64,000 nucleotides of DNA, taken from contig JACIXC010000001.1 in NCBI GenBank assembly GCA_014360655.1, positions 292,715 to 356,714 on the forward strand, in the 5' to 3' direction. Shown piece after piece: positions 8,415 through 18,328 of the stretch. The notes under the pieces are model-generated. The model saw only the letters and a program-made list of their open reading frames with translations, was not told where the DNA came from and ran no database searches. This stretch comes from Actinomycetota bacterium (lineage in GTDB: Bacteria > Actinomycetota > Geothermincolia > Geothermincolales > RBG-13-55-18). Positions within the stretch are counted from its first letter, which is position 1; every line of letters starts with the position of its first letter. Made by a program: the position numbers and the translations under genes.

Positions 8415-11400
8415 TCAGGCCCTCAGGGCACCGCCGTCATAGAGGGGAAGCGCGTTCTCCCCATCGGGCTGAGGGATATGCACCGTAAAGACGGAACCCT
8501 TGCCGCGTTCGCTCCTCACCTCGATGCGCCCGTCGTGCGCTTCCACCAGTTTGTTTACGATGTAGAGTCCCAGCCCCATCCCCTTTATGGTGCCCCCTTC
8601 CTTTCCTTCCCCCTTGCGGAAAGGCTGAAATATGAGGTTCACGTTCTCCTCGCTGATGCCCTGTCCCTCGTCCCTCACCCCCAGGACGACCTCCCTCCCT
8701 TCCCTGTGGGCGAAGACCTCGATCCTGGAACCGGGAGGCGAATACTTGGCCGCGTTGTCCATGAGATTGAAGAGGACGATCTCCAGCTTGTCGCGGTCGG
8801 CAATCACGCTGGCGGCATCCTCCGCTATGTCCACCTCCACGACGTTATCTGAGGACCTGGCGCGAAGTTCCTCCACCAGGCTCCCCACCATGGTCACGAG
8901 GTCCACTTCCTCCAGGTCCACCGCCAGCTTGCCCGACTCCAGCCGCGAGACTTCCATCATGTTGATGACGCTGCGCCGCAGGCGGTCCGCGGCCTTGCGC
9001 AGCTTCTCTATGATCTCCCGGCTCTCCCTGCCGTCCAGCGTCTGCCCGTATTCGCGGAGCACCTCCGAAAAGCCCATGATGAGGGTGAGGGGGTGGCGCA
9101 ATTCGTGTGAGGCCATGCTGATAAGATCCGTCTTGGTCTTGAGGTTCTCTTCCTGGCGGCGGCACATGTCCTCCAGAAGACCGATGCGGGCCTGCAGGGC
9201 CTCCACGCGCAGGGGAACGGAAACCGCCATGCCGAGCAGGCCCGCCGCCCTCTCTATCAACTCCGTCTCCCGCTCCGCGAAGGCCCCTCCCCTGACGCTT
9301 CCTACCAGCAGGATACCCTTGATGCCCTCTCCGAGAAGGGGCACCGCGACGTAGGACCTTATCCCCCGCAGTGCCAGCCTGTCCTCTCCCGGCCCCCACA
9401 GGAAGGTGTTCAGGTTGTTCCTCACCAGTTTCCCGCTACGGGCCAGGGAAAGGGCGAGCGCTCCCTGGGGGTCGACGATGGCGGCGAACTCCTCCTCGTC
9501 CAGGGCTTCTCCCTTCATCCATCCCACGTGCCTTGCTCCCGTCTTTCCCTGCAAAGATGCCAGGAACAGGTCAACGGAGGCGACGCTCTCGAGCTCCCTG
9601 TAGAGACCCCCGCACGCTTCCTCGAGGGAAACGGCCGCGGAAAGACGCCTGGAGATGCGCAACAGTATCTTGCTCACCTGGAGATGGTCGCCGCTGCGCG
9701 CCCTTTCCTGCATGGACTCGAGCACGGAAACAGCCTGTCCCGCAAGGAAACAGGCCAGCCTCAGGTGGAATTCCCGGAAGGCCTCCCGGCCGTCGTTGCG
9801 CTCCAAGAGGATGGCGCCCAGAATGCCCTTTCTCCCCGCCAGGGGTACCGCTATGCGCCATCCCGAATCCCCTTCACCGCTCTCCCCAGCGGGGACGCCG
9901 TTACGCAGCGAACAATTCCCCTGTAGCGCCTCCACCATCTCCGGCCTCGTGAGGAGGGTCATGTCAAGGCTTTCCTCCCCCGTGCCGCAGTCCATCACGC
10001 CCTCGAATCTCTGCGCCTCACCGTCTATCACCGCGACCACCGCGCGGTCGCAGCCGAAGAGCTCCCTCCCTCCGCGTGCCAGTATACGCAGGGCCCTCCC
10101 CTGATCGTCGCACGCGGCCAGCTCTCCTTCCAGCTCCGCCAGCATCTCGAGCGAACGGCGGTACTCCTCCGCGCGCAGCCTCTCATCCACGCCTCCCGCA
10201 AGGTGCAGCATCAACCCCGCCAGGGAGGGAAGGGAGTCCAGCTCCGACTTGGTGAACCTGCTGTCGCCGGGCAGGTAAAAGCCGCAGAGAAGGAACCTCG
10301 TACCTGCGCGTGCCGGGACCAGGAGCAGGGTCAGGCCGCCGGCCGTCGCCAGCTCCGAGGCGGGCATCTCCTCCATGGCGGGGCTTTCGGGTTTCACCAC
10401 CGACATGCGCTGCAGGCCTATGGCAGCTTTTTCCAGCCCGCCCGTAGTGCGAAACAGCTTCTCGCCGCCGTATACGGCGTCGGCATACCAGAGAAACGAC
10501 CTCTCCTCCGTCCCCCGCCCGCCCATGTAAGCGAAACCCATGCGCGCGGACAGTTCCACGCATACCTTGCGCAGCCCCGACGAGAGGAACCCCTCGCTGT
10601 CCGCAGCTTCCTCGGCGATACGGGTCAGGTCCTCTATCATGGCGGGCAGATCCCACGCGGATGACCTCCGCGCCTCCCGCTGGGTGGAGACTCCCTCCTC
10701 CGCGAAGAGCTCGCCCAGACGGTGCGTGACCTGGACAAGCAGCTCCATGTCCTGCGGTCCCATGGCCGTGTACGTGCGCCCGAAGAGGGTGAGGATGCCC
10801 ACCAGCTGATCCTCGCGAAAGATCGGGGTGAGCAGGAAAGACTTCACCTGGTTGGCGTGGAAATACGGCTTGACGGCGGGGAAAAACTCGCTGATGCGGT
10901 TCGCGTCCAGGCTCAGCTCCCTGTCCCCCGAACGGCGCAGCGACTGCAGGAGCTCGGGCAGGTTCTCCTCGAAGAGATGCTCGATCAGGTCAGGCATGCC
11001 GCCCCATCCACGGGAGGCGATGAGCACGGCCATCTTCTCCTCCTCCGGACCGCGCAGGCGGTGGACGGTCCCCCCGTCCACGTTGAAAAGCTTGATGAGG
11101 AGATCGAGGCTGAGGGAGGCGGCCCGCACGCAGTCCGTCCTCCCTATCACGTAATCGGAAAGTATCCCCAGCTCAACTTCCGGGCCTTCCTTGGCCCCGG
11201 CGATCTCCCCCAGCCGGTCCTCCAGGGCGAAGAGCTCCACCATGCGTTCCAGCACGACGCTGACCGCCGCCGCCTTGAAAGACTGGGGGTCGGGGAGGGG
11301 GGCATGGGGGGCGAGGGCGACCAGGAGCACCGCCGTAAGGTAAGCGTGGCTGCGGATGGGGAAGAGGAGAACGTGCTCGACCGGCGTGACGGTGATCTCC

Positions 11401-11696
11401 TCCAGGCCGAGCTCGGCGAGCCCCTTCCTGTCCACGGCGATGAAGCGCCGCGCGGCCTGGCGCGAGACCCATTCCACGGGCAGCAGCCTCCCCCTGATCG
11501 CCTCCCTGGCACCCGCGTCCAGGTTCCAGGCCAGCCTGGGCTCCAGGAAGGAGGAGGCCTGTTTGCGCGAGAAAAGCACCGCGCGCTCTCCCCCCACCGC
11601 TTCCGCGATGGCTCCCAGCACTTCCTCCAGGGAGAAACCCGAAGAGTAGCGCCTAAGCACCTCGCGGTACAGGTCCACCGCATCCCGCAGCTCCAT
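8415..11696 (-). CDS. Cytoplasmic multi-GAF domain sensor histidine kinase (orphan)
   Basis: Trimmed to the ATG at 11696 (MELRDAV...), preceded by a GAGGGGAG RBS. The C-terminus has HisKA (MASHELRHPLTLIMGF) and HATPase (N-box NLMDNAAKYS, G-boxes DEGQGI, GLGLYIV) regions. The long N-terminus has GAF-like repeats and no transmembrane segments. No response regulator is adjacent. Confidence 0.85.
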   Translation of the reverse strand: MELRDAVDLYREVLRRYSSGFSLEEVLGAIAEAVGGERAVLFSRKQASSFLEPRLAWNLDAGAREAIRGRLLPVEWVSRQAARRFIAVDRKGLAELGLEEITVTPVEHVLLFPIRSHAYLTAVLLVALAPHAPLPDPQSFKAAAVSVVLERMVELFALEDRLGEIAGAKEGPEVELGILSDYVIGRTDCVRAASLSLDLLIKLFNVDGGTVHRLRGPEEEKMAVLIASRGWGGMPDLIEHLFEENLPELLQSLRRSGDRELSLDANRISEFFPAVKPYFHANQVKSFLLTPIFREDQLVGILTLFGRTYTAMGPQDMELLVQVTHRLGELFAEEGVSTQREARRSSAWDLPAMIEDLTRIAEEAADSEGFLSSGLRKVCVELSARMGFAYMGGRGTEERSFLWYADAVYGGEKLFRTTGGLEKAAIGLQRMSVVKPESPAMEEMPASELATAGGLTLLLVPARAGTRFLLCGFYLPGDSRFTKSELDSLPSLAGLMLHLAGGVDERLRAEEYRRSLEMLAELEGELAACDDQGRALRILARGGRELFGCDRAVVAVIDGEAQRFEGVMDCGTGEESLDMTLLTRPEMVEALQGNCSLRNGVPAGESGEGDSGWRIAVPLAGRKGILGAILLERNDGREAFREFHLRLACFLAGQAVSVLESMQERARSGDHLQVSKILLRISRRLSAAVSLEEACGGLYRELESVASVDLFLASLQGKTGARHVGWMKGEALDEEEFAAIVDPQGALALSLARSGKLVRNNLNTFLWGPGEDRLALRGIRSYVAVPLLGEGIKGILLVGSVRGGAFAERETELIERAAGLLGMAVSVPLRVEALQARIGLLEDMCRRQEENLKTKTDLISMASHELRHPLTLIMGFSEVLREYGQTLDGRESREIIEKLRKAADRLRRSVINMMEVSRLESGKLAVDLEEVDLVTMVGSLVEELRARSSDNVVEVDIAEDAASVIADRDKLEIVLFNLMDNAAKYSPPGSRIEVFAHREGREVVLGVRDEGQGISEENVNLIFQPFRKGEGKEGGTIKGMGLGLYIVNKLVEAHDGRIEVRSERGKGSVFTVHIPQPDGENALPLYDGGALRA

Positions 11697-12029
11697 CTCA
11701 CATCTCCCCTCACATACCGGCAACCCGCGTGCTGCGGCGTTTTCCCGGGAGGACCTCCTTGCGCGCGCAGGGTCGCCCTAACGCCTCACCCGACCTGGTC
11801 ATCGTTATTCATCATTATCATATAATTATTTTGCCCGCGTTCGTTTAATCCTTCCCCGGGTCAGCGCGGCGCGGCACCCCCTTGTCCCCGCAAGGCAACG
11901 ACCCCTCGCGTCAGCCCGACATGCCATGGTGCGGAATCGGAGCCGGGCATGCCCGTGCAGTGCGGAACGCCTCCGTGATCTCCACCCCCTGGAGAATGGA
12001 AACGGTAGGGGCTTCCCCGCCTGAAACCC

Positions 12030-15000
12030 TCATTCGCCGGCGCTTCTCAGGAGCCTTTCCAGCTCCTGCGCGCCCCGGATCTCCTCGAGGAGAAGCGCGG
12101 CCATCTCCCTCACCTCGGGATCCTCGTCCTCCCGCACGGATGCGAGAGGCTCCACCGCCGCTTCCCCGATCCCGGCGATCCTGTTCCAGCGACGCGTGGC
12201 GATGAAATAGCGCGCCCTCTCCGCATCGTCCGCGGGCTCCCACGCGAGCCTGTCCAGCGCCTCGGCCGCCTTCGCCCGCACGTCCGCGTCCCCGTCACGC
12301 AGCCTCATTACCAGCTCCGCCACCGCCCGCCTGTCGCCCAGCTTTCCAAGGGCCCAGGCGGCCCTCCACCTCACCTCCCTGTCCTCGTCCGCCAGCGCGG
12401 AGATGAGGGGTGGCACCGCCTCCGTATCGCCCAGCAGGCCCAGCGCGGAAGCAGCCCTCCTCCTCTTGTCCGCTCCCGCATCCTTCAGGGCGCGCGTGAG
12501 CGGCTTCAGGGCCGGTTTGCCCATGCGCGTGACGTCGTCCCACTTTCCCTGGGCCAGCAGGCTCTCCGCCTTCGCCTCTTCGTCCCCTGTCTCCCAGCCC
12601 ATCTTCTTGAGTATGTCCCGTGCGAGGACGCGCACGGCCTCATCGCGGTGTTGAAGCGCCGCGCGCAAGGGCTGCACCGCAGCCTCGCCTATTTCGCGCA
12701 GTATCCAGGCCACCTTGCGGCGCACGCCGCTGTCGCGATCGGCTAGCGCGCCTACCAGCGCGGGCACCGCTCCCCCTCCGAGTTCCAGCACCTCCCGCCA
12801 GCGTCTCTGCGCGATCAAGCGCTCGGCCGCCTCCGCACCTTCCGCGACGGGGACGGGGGCTACTTCCTCCACCGCCGCCTCCGGGACGGGCGCTTCCGCT
12901 TCCGCGACGGGGACGGGGGCTTCCTCCGCTTCCACCGCGGCAACGGGAGCTCCTTCCTCCACCGCGGCAACTTCCCGTTCCTCCACCGCTTCCTCCGCCA
13001 AGGGGACAGCGGCGGCCTCCACGGCCTCCGGCACTTCCGCGACGGGGACGGGGGCTTCCTCCGCTTCCACCGCGGCAACGGGAGCTCCTTCCTCCACCGC
13101 GGCAACTTCCCGTTCCTCCACCGCTTCCTCCGCCAAGGGGACAGCGGCGGCCTCCACGGCCTCCGGCAAGGGGGCCTCCTCCACGACCAGCGGCTCCACG
13201 GGAACGGGACGCCATCCTATCTCCTCGAGCGCCCTCGCGGCGGCGTCACGCACTCCCTCGTCCTCATCTTCCCTCGCCTTCAGCAATCCATCCACCGCCT
13301 TCTCGTCGCCCAGCCGGCCCAGGGCCCAGACAGCCTTCTCCCTCACCCTGCCGTCACCGTCCAGCAGCGCATCCAAGAGGGGATCGAGCGCCCTGGCGTC
13401 GGCGATCTCCCCCAGGGCCCAGGCGGCCTTGAGGCGCGTCTCGCCGTCTCCCGTGCGCAGCGCATCGATGAGGGATTCCACCGCCACGTCTCCCATGCCG
13501 GCCAGCCTGTCCCACTCCCGGTCGGCGATGAGCCTCCTGATCTCCTCCTCCTCCACAGGTTTCCAGCCCAGCTTCTCCAGAACCAGGAAGGCGACCCTGC
13601 GCACGTCCTCGTCGGGGTCCTTCAGGGCCGCCGTCAAGGAATCCACCGCCCTTCCGTCTCCGATCTCCCCGAGGGCCCAGGCCGTTTTACGCCTCACCTC
13701 CGCGTCCTCGTCCGAGAGCGCCTCCGTGAGCGGGAGCACGGCCCTCGCGTCACCGATGACCCCCAGGGCCCAGGCGGCTCCGCGCCGCACCGAGACGTCC
13801 GTGTCCCCAAGGCGCTCAATCAAGGGTTCCGTGGCCCTCTCGTTCCTGATGACGCCCAGGGCCCAAGCCGCACCCCTGCGCACCTCCGCGTCCCCATCTC
13901 CGAGGGCTGCGAGCAGGGGCTCCAGGGCACCCTCGCCCATGGTGGCGACTTCCTCCCAGTTCCCCTCCTTGATGAGTTCCCTCGCCCTTTCCTCTACCGC
14001 CTTCTCCGGCACGGGCAGCTCCTCCGCGGATACCGCGAGCTCCGAGGGCTTCCACCCCAGCCTCGTTAGGACGGAAGCCGCCAGCGCGCGGGCGTTCTCG
14101 TCCCCCTTCTGCAGCGTGTCCTGGAGCGCCTCCACCACCGGCTCGCCCATCTTCTCCAGGGCGTTCGCCGCCCTTCCCCTGACCTTTTCGTCCGGGTCGC
14201 TCAGGGCTTTTACCAGCGGCGGTATGGCCCTCAGGTCGCCTATGTCACCCAGGACCCTCGCCGCCTCCCTGCGCAGCTCGTCCCCTCCTTCCACGAGGGC
14301 ATCGATAAGGTCGTCGACGGCCGGGTATCCGATCTTCTTGAGGGCTCCCGCCGCCTTTACCCTCACGTCCCTGACATTATCCTCGAGGCGCTTGACCAGC
14401 GCGTTCACGGCGTAGACGCTTCCGATGACCCCCAGGGCCCATGCCGCCCTTCCCCGCACGTCCTCGTCCTCGTCCTCCAATGCCTGGATCAGCGCATCGA
14501 CCGCGGATTCACCCAGCTCCGTTACCTTATCCCACTCCCGCTTGGCGATGTAATGGCCCGCTTTATCCTCCTCTTCATGGGGCTTCCAACCGAGTTTTCC
14601 CAGCACCTCCGAGGCGGCCAGCGCCCCCGCCTCTTCCTCCTCCGGCACTTCCGGCGCGGGAGCGACCATCTCCTGCGTGATCCCCAGCAGGTCCGCGGGC
14701 GTCAGGAAGGGGGCCTCCTCCTGGGCCACCTCCACCGCTTCCTTCTCCTCCTCCGCAAGCGCAGGTTCGCGGCCGGTCTCCACCCTGCCCAATATGTCCT
14801 CGACCATCACCCGCACGCCTTCCTCATCCGCCACACCAGAGAGGGAGGCCGCGGCGCTCTCGCCGATCTCCGAAAGGGCCCATGCCGCCCCGCGCCGCAC
14901 GTCCTCGTCCTCGTCCCTGAGGGCCTCCACCAGGGCATCGGAGGCGCGCTCGTCGCCGATGACCCCCAGGGCCCAGGCGGCTCCCCTCCGTTCCTCGACA

Positions 15001-16283
15001 CCGCCTTCCCTCAGCACCTCGAGCAATGGCTCGACCGCTATCACGCCAAGTCTCCCCAGGGCCCACGCCGCCGCCCTGCGCACGTCCTCGTCCTCGTCTT
15101 TGAGGGCCCCGATGAGGGTCTCTACCGACCTCTCTTCCTGGACCTCACCCAGCGCCAGCGCCGCACTGCGGCGCACGAACCAGTCGCTGTTGTCCAGGGC
15201 TTTCAGCAGGATGTCGAGGATGCTCTCGTCCGCCATCTCCTTGAGGAGCAACGACGCCTCGCGGCGGATGTCCTCGTCTTCCGCGGTGAGGACGTCGGCA
15301 AGGGAATCCACCAGGAGCGCGCCTTGCGCCTTTATAACGGATGCCACCTTGCTCCTCGCCTCCCAGCTCTCCTTTTTCAAGGCCCTCAGAACCGATGGCA
15401 TGGAATCTGGCCCCAGCTCAGCCAGTTTTTCCCATTGGCGGTTGGCGAGGTAGAAGGTGGCCTTGTCCTCATCCCTGACCGGCTGCCAGTCCAGCTTGGC
15501 CAGGACCGCCGCGGCCAGCTTGCGCACATCGTCCTCGCCCTCCCGCATATAACGTTCGAGGGCCGGGATCGCCCTGCGCTCGTGCAGGCTTATCAGGGCC
15601 GCCGCCGCCTCCCTGCGCACCTCCTTGTCCTCATCCTTCATCGCCGCCAGCAGATGTTCCACCGCCGTCTTGTCGCGTATCACCCCCAGGGCGATGGCCG
15701 CGTCCTTCCTCACCGAGGCTTCCTCGGATCCCAGGGAGTTGATGAGGTATTTCGAGGCGACAGCGCCCAGCTTCTCCAGGGCCCACGCCGCCGCCCATCT
15801 CACGTTGTCGTCCTCTTCCTTCAGGGCCTGCACCAGCGGGCGCACGGCCCTGACGTCGCCTATGGACCCCAGCACCAGGGCCGCCTTCGCCTTCGCCTCC
15901 CCTTCCTCCGTCCTCAACGCCTGTACCAGGGAATCGACGACCGATTTGCCTATCTTTTCCAGGCTCCATGCCGCCTTCCACCTGACGTCGCTGTCCTCGT
16001 CGCTCAGCGCCTGGATAAGGGGCCTCGCGGCCGGTTTTCCTATCTCGCCCAGGGCCCACGCCGCCGCCCAGCGGACGTCCTCGTCCTGATCATGCAGGGC
16101 CTCGATAAGTGGCGCCACCGCGCGTGCTCTCTTCAGCTTGCCCAGCGCCAGGGCGGCGTTGATGCGCAAGTTGACGTCCTCGCTCTTGAGGGTCTGTATC
16201 AGCCCGTTGACATCCCTCTTCGCCTCCATCTTCTCGATATTGGGCTTGATCAGCTTTGTCCTGGAAGGCTTGAAGATTTTCAC
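12030..16283 (-). CDS. Giant HEAT-repeat (PBS-lyase HEAT-like) protein with acidic Pro/Ala/Glu/Val-rich low-complexity linker
   Basis: 1417 aa. It contains more than 25 repeats of the ...D.VR..AA.ALG.IGD..A...L..AL.D.D..VR... pattern. A GTG start at 16283 is preceded by AAGGGGAG. An internal linker reads EEAPVPVAE... Confidence 0.85.
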   Translation of the reverse strand: MKIFKPSRTKLIKPNIEKMEAKRDVNGLIQTLKSEDVNLRINAALALGKLKRARAVAPLIEALHDQDEDVRWAAAWALGEIGKPAARPLIQALSDEDSDVRWKAAWSLEKIGKSVVDSLVQALRTEEGEAKAKAALVLGSIGDVRAVRPLVQALKEEDDNVRWAAAWALEKLGAVASKYLINSLGSEEASVRKDAAIALGVIRDKTAVEHLLAAMKDEDKEVRREAAAALISLHERRAIPALERYMREGEDDVRKLAAAVLAKLDWQPVRDEDKATFYLANRQWEKLAELGPDSMPSVLRALKKESWEARSKVASVIKAQGALLVDSLADVLTAEDEDIRREASLLLKEMADESILDILLKALDNSDWFVRRSAALALGEVQEERSVETLIGALKDEDEDVRRAAAWALGRLGVIAVEPLLEVLREGGVEERRGAAWALGVIGDERASDALVEALRDEDEDVRRGAAWALSEIGESAAASLSGVADEEGVRVMVEDILGRVETGREPALAEEEKEAVEVAQEEAPFLTPADLLGITQEMVAPAPEVPEEEEAGALAASEVLGKLGWKPHEEEDKAGHYIAKREWDKVTELGESAVDALIQALEDEDEDVRGRAAWALGVIGSVYAVNALVKRLEDNVRDVRVKAAGALKKIGYPAVDDLIDALVEGGDELRREAARVLGDIGDLRAIPPLVKALSDPDEKVRGRAANALEKMGEPVVEALQDTLQKGDENARALAASVLTRLGWKPSELAVSAEELPVPEKAVEERARELIKEGNWEEVATMGEGALEPLLAALGDGDAEVRRGAAWALGVIRNERATEPLIERLGDTDVSVRRGAAWALGVIGDARAVLPLTEALSDEDAEVRRKTAWALGEIGDGRAVDSLTAALKDPDEDVRRVAFLVLEKLGWKPVEEEEIRRLIADREWDRLAGMGDVAVESLIDALRTGDGETRLKAAWALGEIADARALDPLLDALLDGDGRVREKAVWALGRLGDEKAVDGLLKAREDEDEGVRDAAARALEEIGWRPVPVEPLVVEEAPLPEAVEAAAVPLAEEAVEEREVAAVEEGAPVAAVEAEEAPVPVAEVPEAVEAAAVPLAEEAVEEREVAAVEEGAPVAAVEAEEAPVPVAEAEAPVPEAAVEEVAPVPVAEGAEAAERLIAQRRWREVLELGGGAVPALVGALADRDSGVRRKVAWILREIGEAAVQPLRAALQHRDEAVRVLARDILKKMGWETGDEEAKAESLLAQGKWDDVTRMGKPALKPLTRALKDAGADKRRRAASALGLLGDTEAVPPLISALADEDREVRWRAAWALGKLGDRRAVAELVMRLRDGDADVRAKAAEALDRLAWEPADDAERARYFIATRRWNRIAGIGEAAVEPLASVREDEDPEVREMAALLLEEIRGAQELERLLRSAGE
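12841..13168 (-). repeat. In-frame 135-bp tandem duplication (two perfect copies at 12899-13033 and 13034-13168, plus a degenerate third unit) inside the HEAT-repeat gene linker
   Basis: The two DNA copies are identical. They encode a duplicated 45-aa EAAAVPLAEEAVEEREVAAVEEGAPVAAVEAEEAPVPVAEV segment. Confidence 0.85.
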
Positions 16284-16793
16284 CTGCCATCTCCCCTTGT
16301 CATCCCGCGAAAGACCTCTCCAATGACAACGCGCGAAGGTGCCGGCCCTCTCTCGTCATTTCCGTGTCCCGCAGCGAACAGGGTCCTCGCCGCCCGGGTG
16401 ATGCCCATTTCCTGCCGTGAAGGTCCAGGCACTCTACATCTTATTAAACATCCATTATATACGGCCTTCGTGTCAACCCTGACGACCCCCCTCCTTGCCG
16501 CCCCGGCTTTCGGCGCGAGCACCCCGCCGCCCTTCCCGTCGTGCCGTTGCATATGCCTGGAGGATTTACTTTGCCGAGAAAGAATTATATTGTATGGCAG
16601 GTGAGAATTCTAACGTGCCAGCTGCCGTAAGGCTCCGCTTCGGGGCATGTCGTGATCCGTGGGATTCGTTCATTATCGATGACATGGCCATGTGGTGGCG
16701 AAATCTATGTGCAGAATTTATACTTAGGTTTTGAGGCAAGGGGACTGCCTCACGAGAGGCGATGGATCGGATCTTCTGAAGGAGGAGATGGTA

Positions 16794-17441
16794 ATGGCGA
16801 TCAGCCCAATGGACATCCATCTTAAGGAATTCAGCGTCGTCAGCACCGGGGGCTACGACAGGCAGGAGGTCGATTCCTTTCTTGACTCCGTGGCGGACGA
16901 GCTGGAAAGGCTGGAAAGCCGGAACAAGGAGCTGGAGGATCTCATCGCCCGCATGCATCAGAAGGTCTCCCAGTTCGACGAGATGCAGAAGATGCTGCAG
17001 ACGGCGCTTACCAATGCTCAGAAGAGCGCCGGCAACATACTGCAGGAGGCAAGGAGCCAGGCAGCGGCCATCATAAAGAGGGCCCAGGAAAGAAGTGAAC
17101 GCATCGTGAAAGAGATGGAGCGCGAGAGGGAACGCATCATCTCCTCCGTCGCCTCGGTACGCGAGCAGATCATGGAGCAGATCCCGCGCATGCGCGAGCT
17201 GCTCGAAAAGAGCCGGCAGCTTCTCGGGGAGTACGAGGAATGCACCCTGAAAGCGGATATCTCGTCGGAGTCCAAGGCGGTGAGCGAAGAGCCGGAGACC
17301 GTGGAGGAAGGGGAGGTCCAGGCGGCAAGCGAGCAGGCCGAGGTGGCAAAGGAAGAGGCCGCGCCCGTCGAGGAAGAAGCCGGGGCCGCCGCGTCCGCGG
17401 AAACTCCCGGCGAGGATAAGGAGAAATACATCTGGGACTAG
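16794..17441 (+). CDS. DivIVA domain protein (cell-division/polar scaffold)
   Basis: The start MAISPMDIHLKEF... resembles a canonical DivIVA N-terminus. A GGAGGAG RBS lies 6 nt upstream. The remainder is coiled-coil-rich with an acidic C-terminal tail. Confidence 0.8.
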   Translation: MAISPMDIHLKEFSVVSTGGYDRQEVDSFLDSVADELERLESRNKELEDLIARMHQKVSQFDEMQKMLQTALTNAQKSAGNILQEARSQAAAIIKRAQERSERIVKEMERERERIISSVASVREQIMEQIPRMRELLEKSRQLLGEYEECTLKADISSESKAVSEEPETVEEGEVQAASEQAEVAKEEAAPVEEEAGAAASAETPGEDKEKYIWD

Positions 17442-17646
17442 CCGCGGCGAAAGGGATCGCGGAAAAAGGGCGCGTGCGCAACGCGCCCTTTTCATCGCCC
17501 CCGATCATCGTCCCGGGGACCAAACAGCCGCCCATCGCCTGCGGCGCGGTGGGGTCACCCGGCATCAACGCTCACGCATTTGCAGAATCTGCTCACCGCC
17601 CCCAACCCTCACGGCGTGGCACCGTGGGGTCACCCGGCATCAACGC

Positions 17647-18135
17647 TCACGCACCCTCGGGCTTGATGCGCTCGTCTACGGGGTCCCGCGAATCACGGAT
17701 ACGCGTCTCCCCCGCCCTCACCACGAAAACGGTGGTCATGCCCGCAGCGACCAGGTTGCCTTCCTCGTCCCTCACCTCCCCCTGGCCCACGCCGGTGTAG
17801 CGCCCCTTGTGCAGGGCCTTCCCCTCGCCGTAAAGGACCCCGCCGCTCACGTTGGAAATGAAGTTGATGCGCTGGTCCAGCGTCACCGCGGCCTCGCCCT
17901 CACCGAGAAGCGTCCCCACGGCGATGGAACAGGTCGAGTCGAGGAGGGCGGCGAGAACACCCCCGTGCAGGATGCCGTAGAGGTTCTTGTGCTCCTCCCT
18001 AACCTCCAGGCGCAGCCTCGCCCGCCCCTCGCCCATCTCCAGCACCTCCATGCCCAGGTGGCGGTAGAAGGGTGAGTTGTTTAGGAGCGAGAAGATGCCC
18101 TCCCTCAGGTCACGCAGGCCGCCCTCTTCGCTCAT
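17647..18135 (-). CDS. PaaI-family hotdog thioesterase
   Basis: The motif HGG.LAAL.DS....A and the hotdog-fold length of about 160 aa support the call. The ATG at 18135 is preceded by AAAGGTGG. Confidence 0.7.
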   Translation of the reverse strand: MSEEGGLRDLREGIFSLLNNSPFYRHLGMEVLEMGEGRARLRLEVREEHKNLYGILHGGVLAALLDSTCSIAVGTLLGEGEAAVTLDQRINFISNVSGGVLYGEGKALHKGRYTGVGQGEVRDEEGNLVAAGMTTVFVVRAGETRIRDSRDPVDERIKPEGA

Positions 18136-18144
18136 GTTTCCACC

Positions 18145-18214
18145 TTTCACTCCGAGACTTTCACTCCGAGACTTTCACTCCGGGACTTTCACTCCGGGAC
18201 TTTCACTCCGGGAC
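18145..18214. repeat. 14-bp tandem repeat x5 (tttcactccgRgac) in the 5' UTR/promoter of the thioesterase gene
   Basis: Five head-to-tail units, two with gag and three with ggg. The first unit overlaps the RBS. On the coding (minus) strand each unit reads gtcYcggagtgaaa and carries a GGAG. Confidence 0.85.
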
Positions 18215-18328
18215 GCGGAGGCGGCACCGCCGCTAGCGACGCGGTCCCCTCCGCCGGGTCACCCAGGATTCACGCCCCACCGGTCCCCGACCGCGTTCGC
18301 CCGTATCCTTTCGCACGTACCCGTTCGC

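Noticed and set aside
12620-14415. Plus-strand ORFs 12620..13432 (PRP-rich) and 12715..14415 (Ser/Thr/Ala-rich)
   Set aside because: They are antisense and frame-shifted readings of the HEAT-repeat gene and its acidic linker. Their compositional bias mirrors the sense strand.
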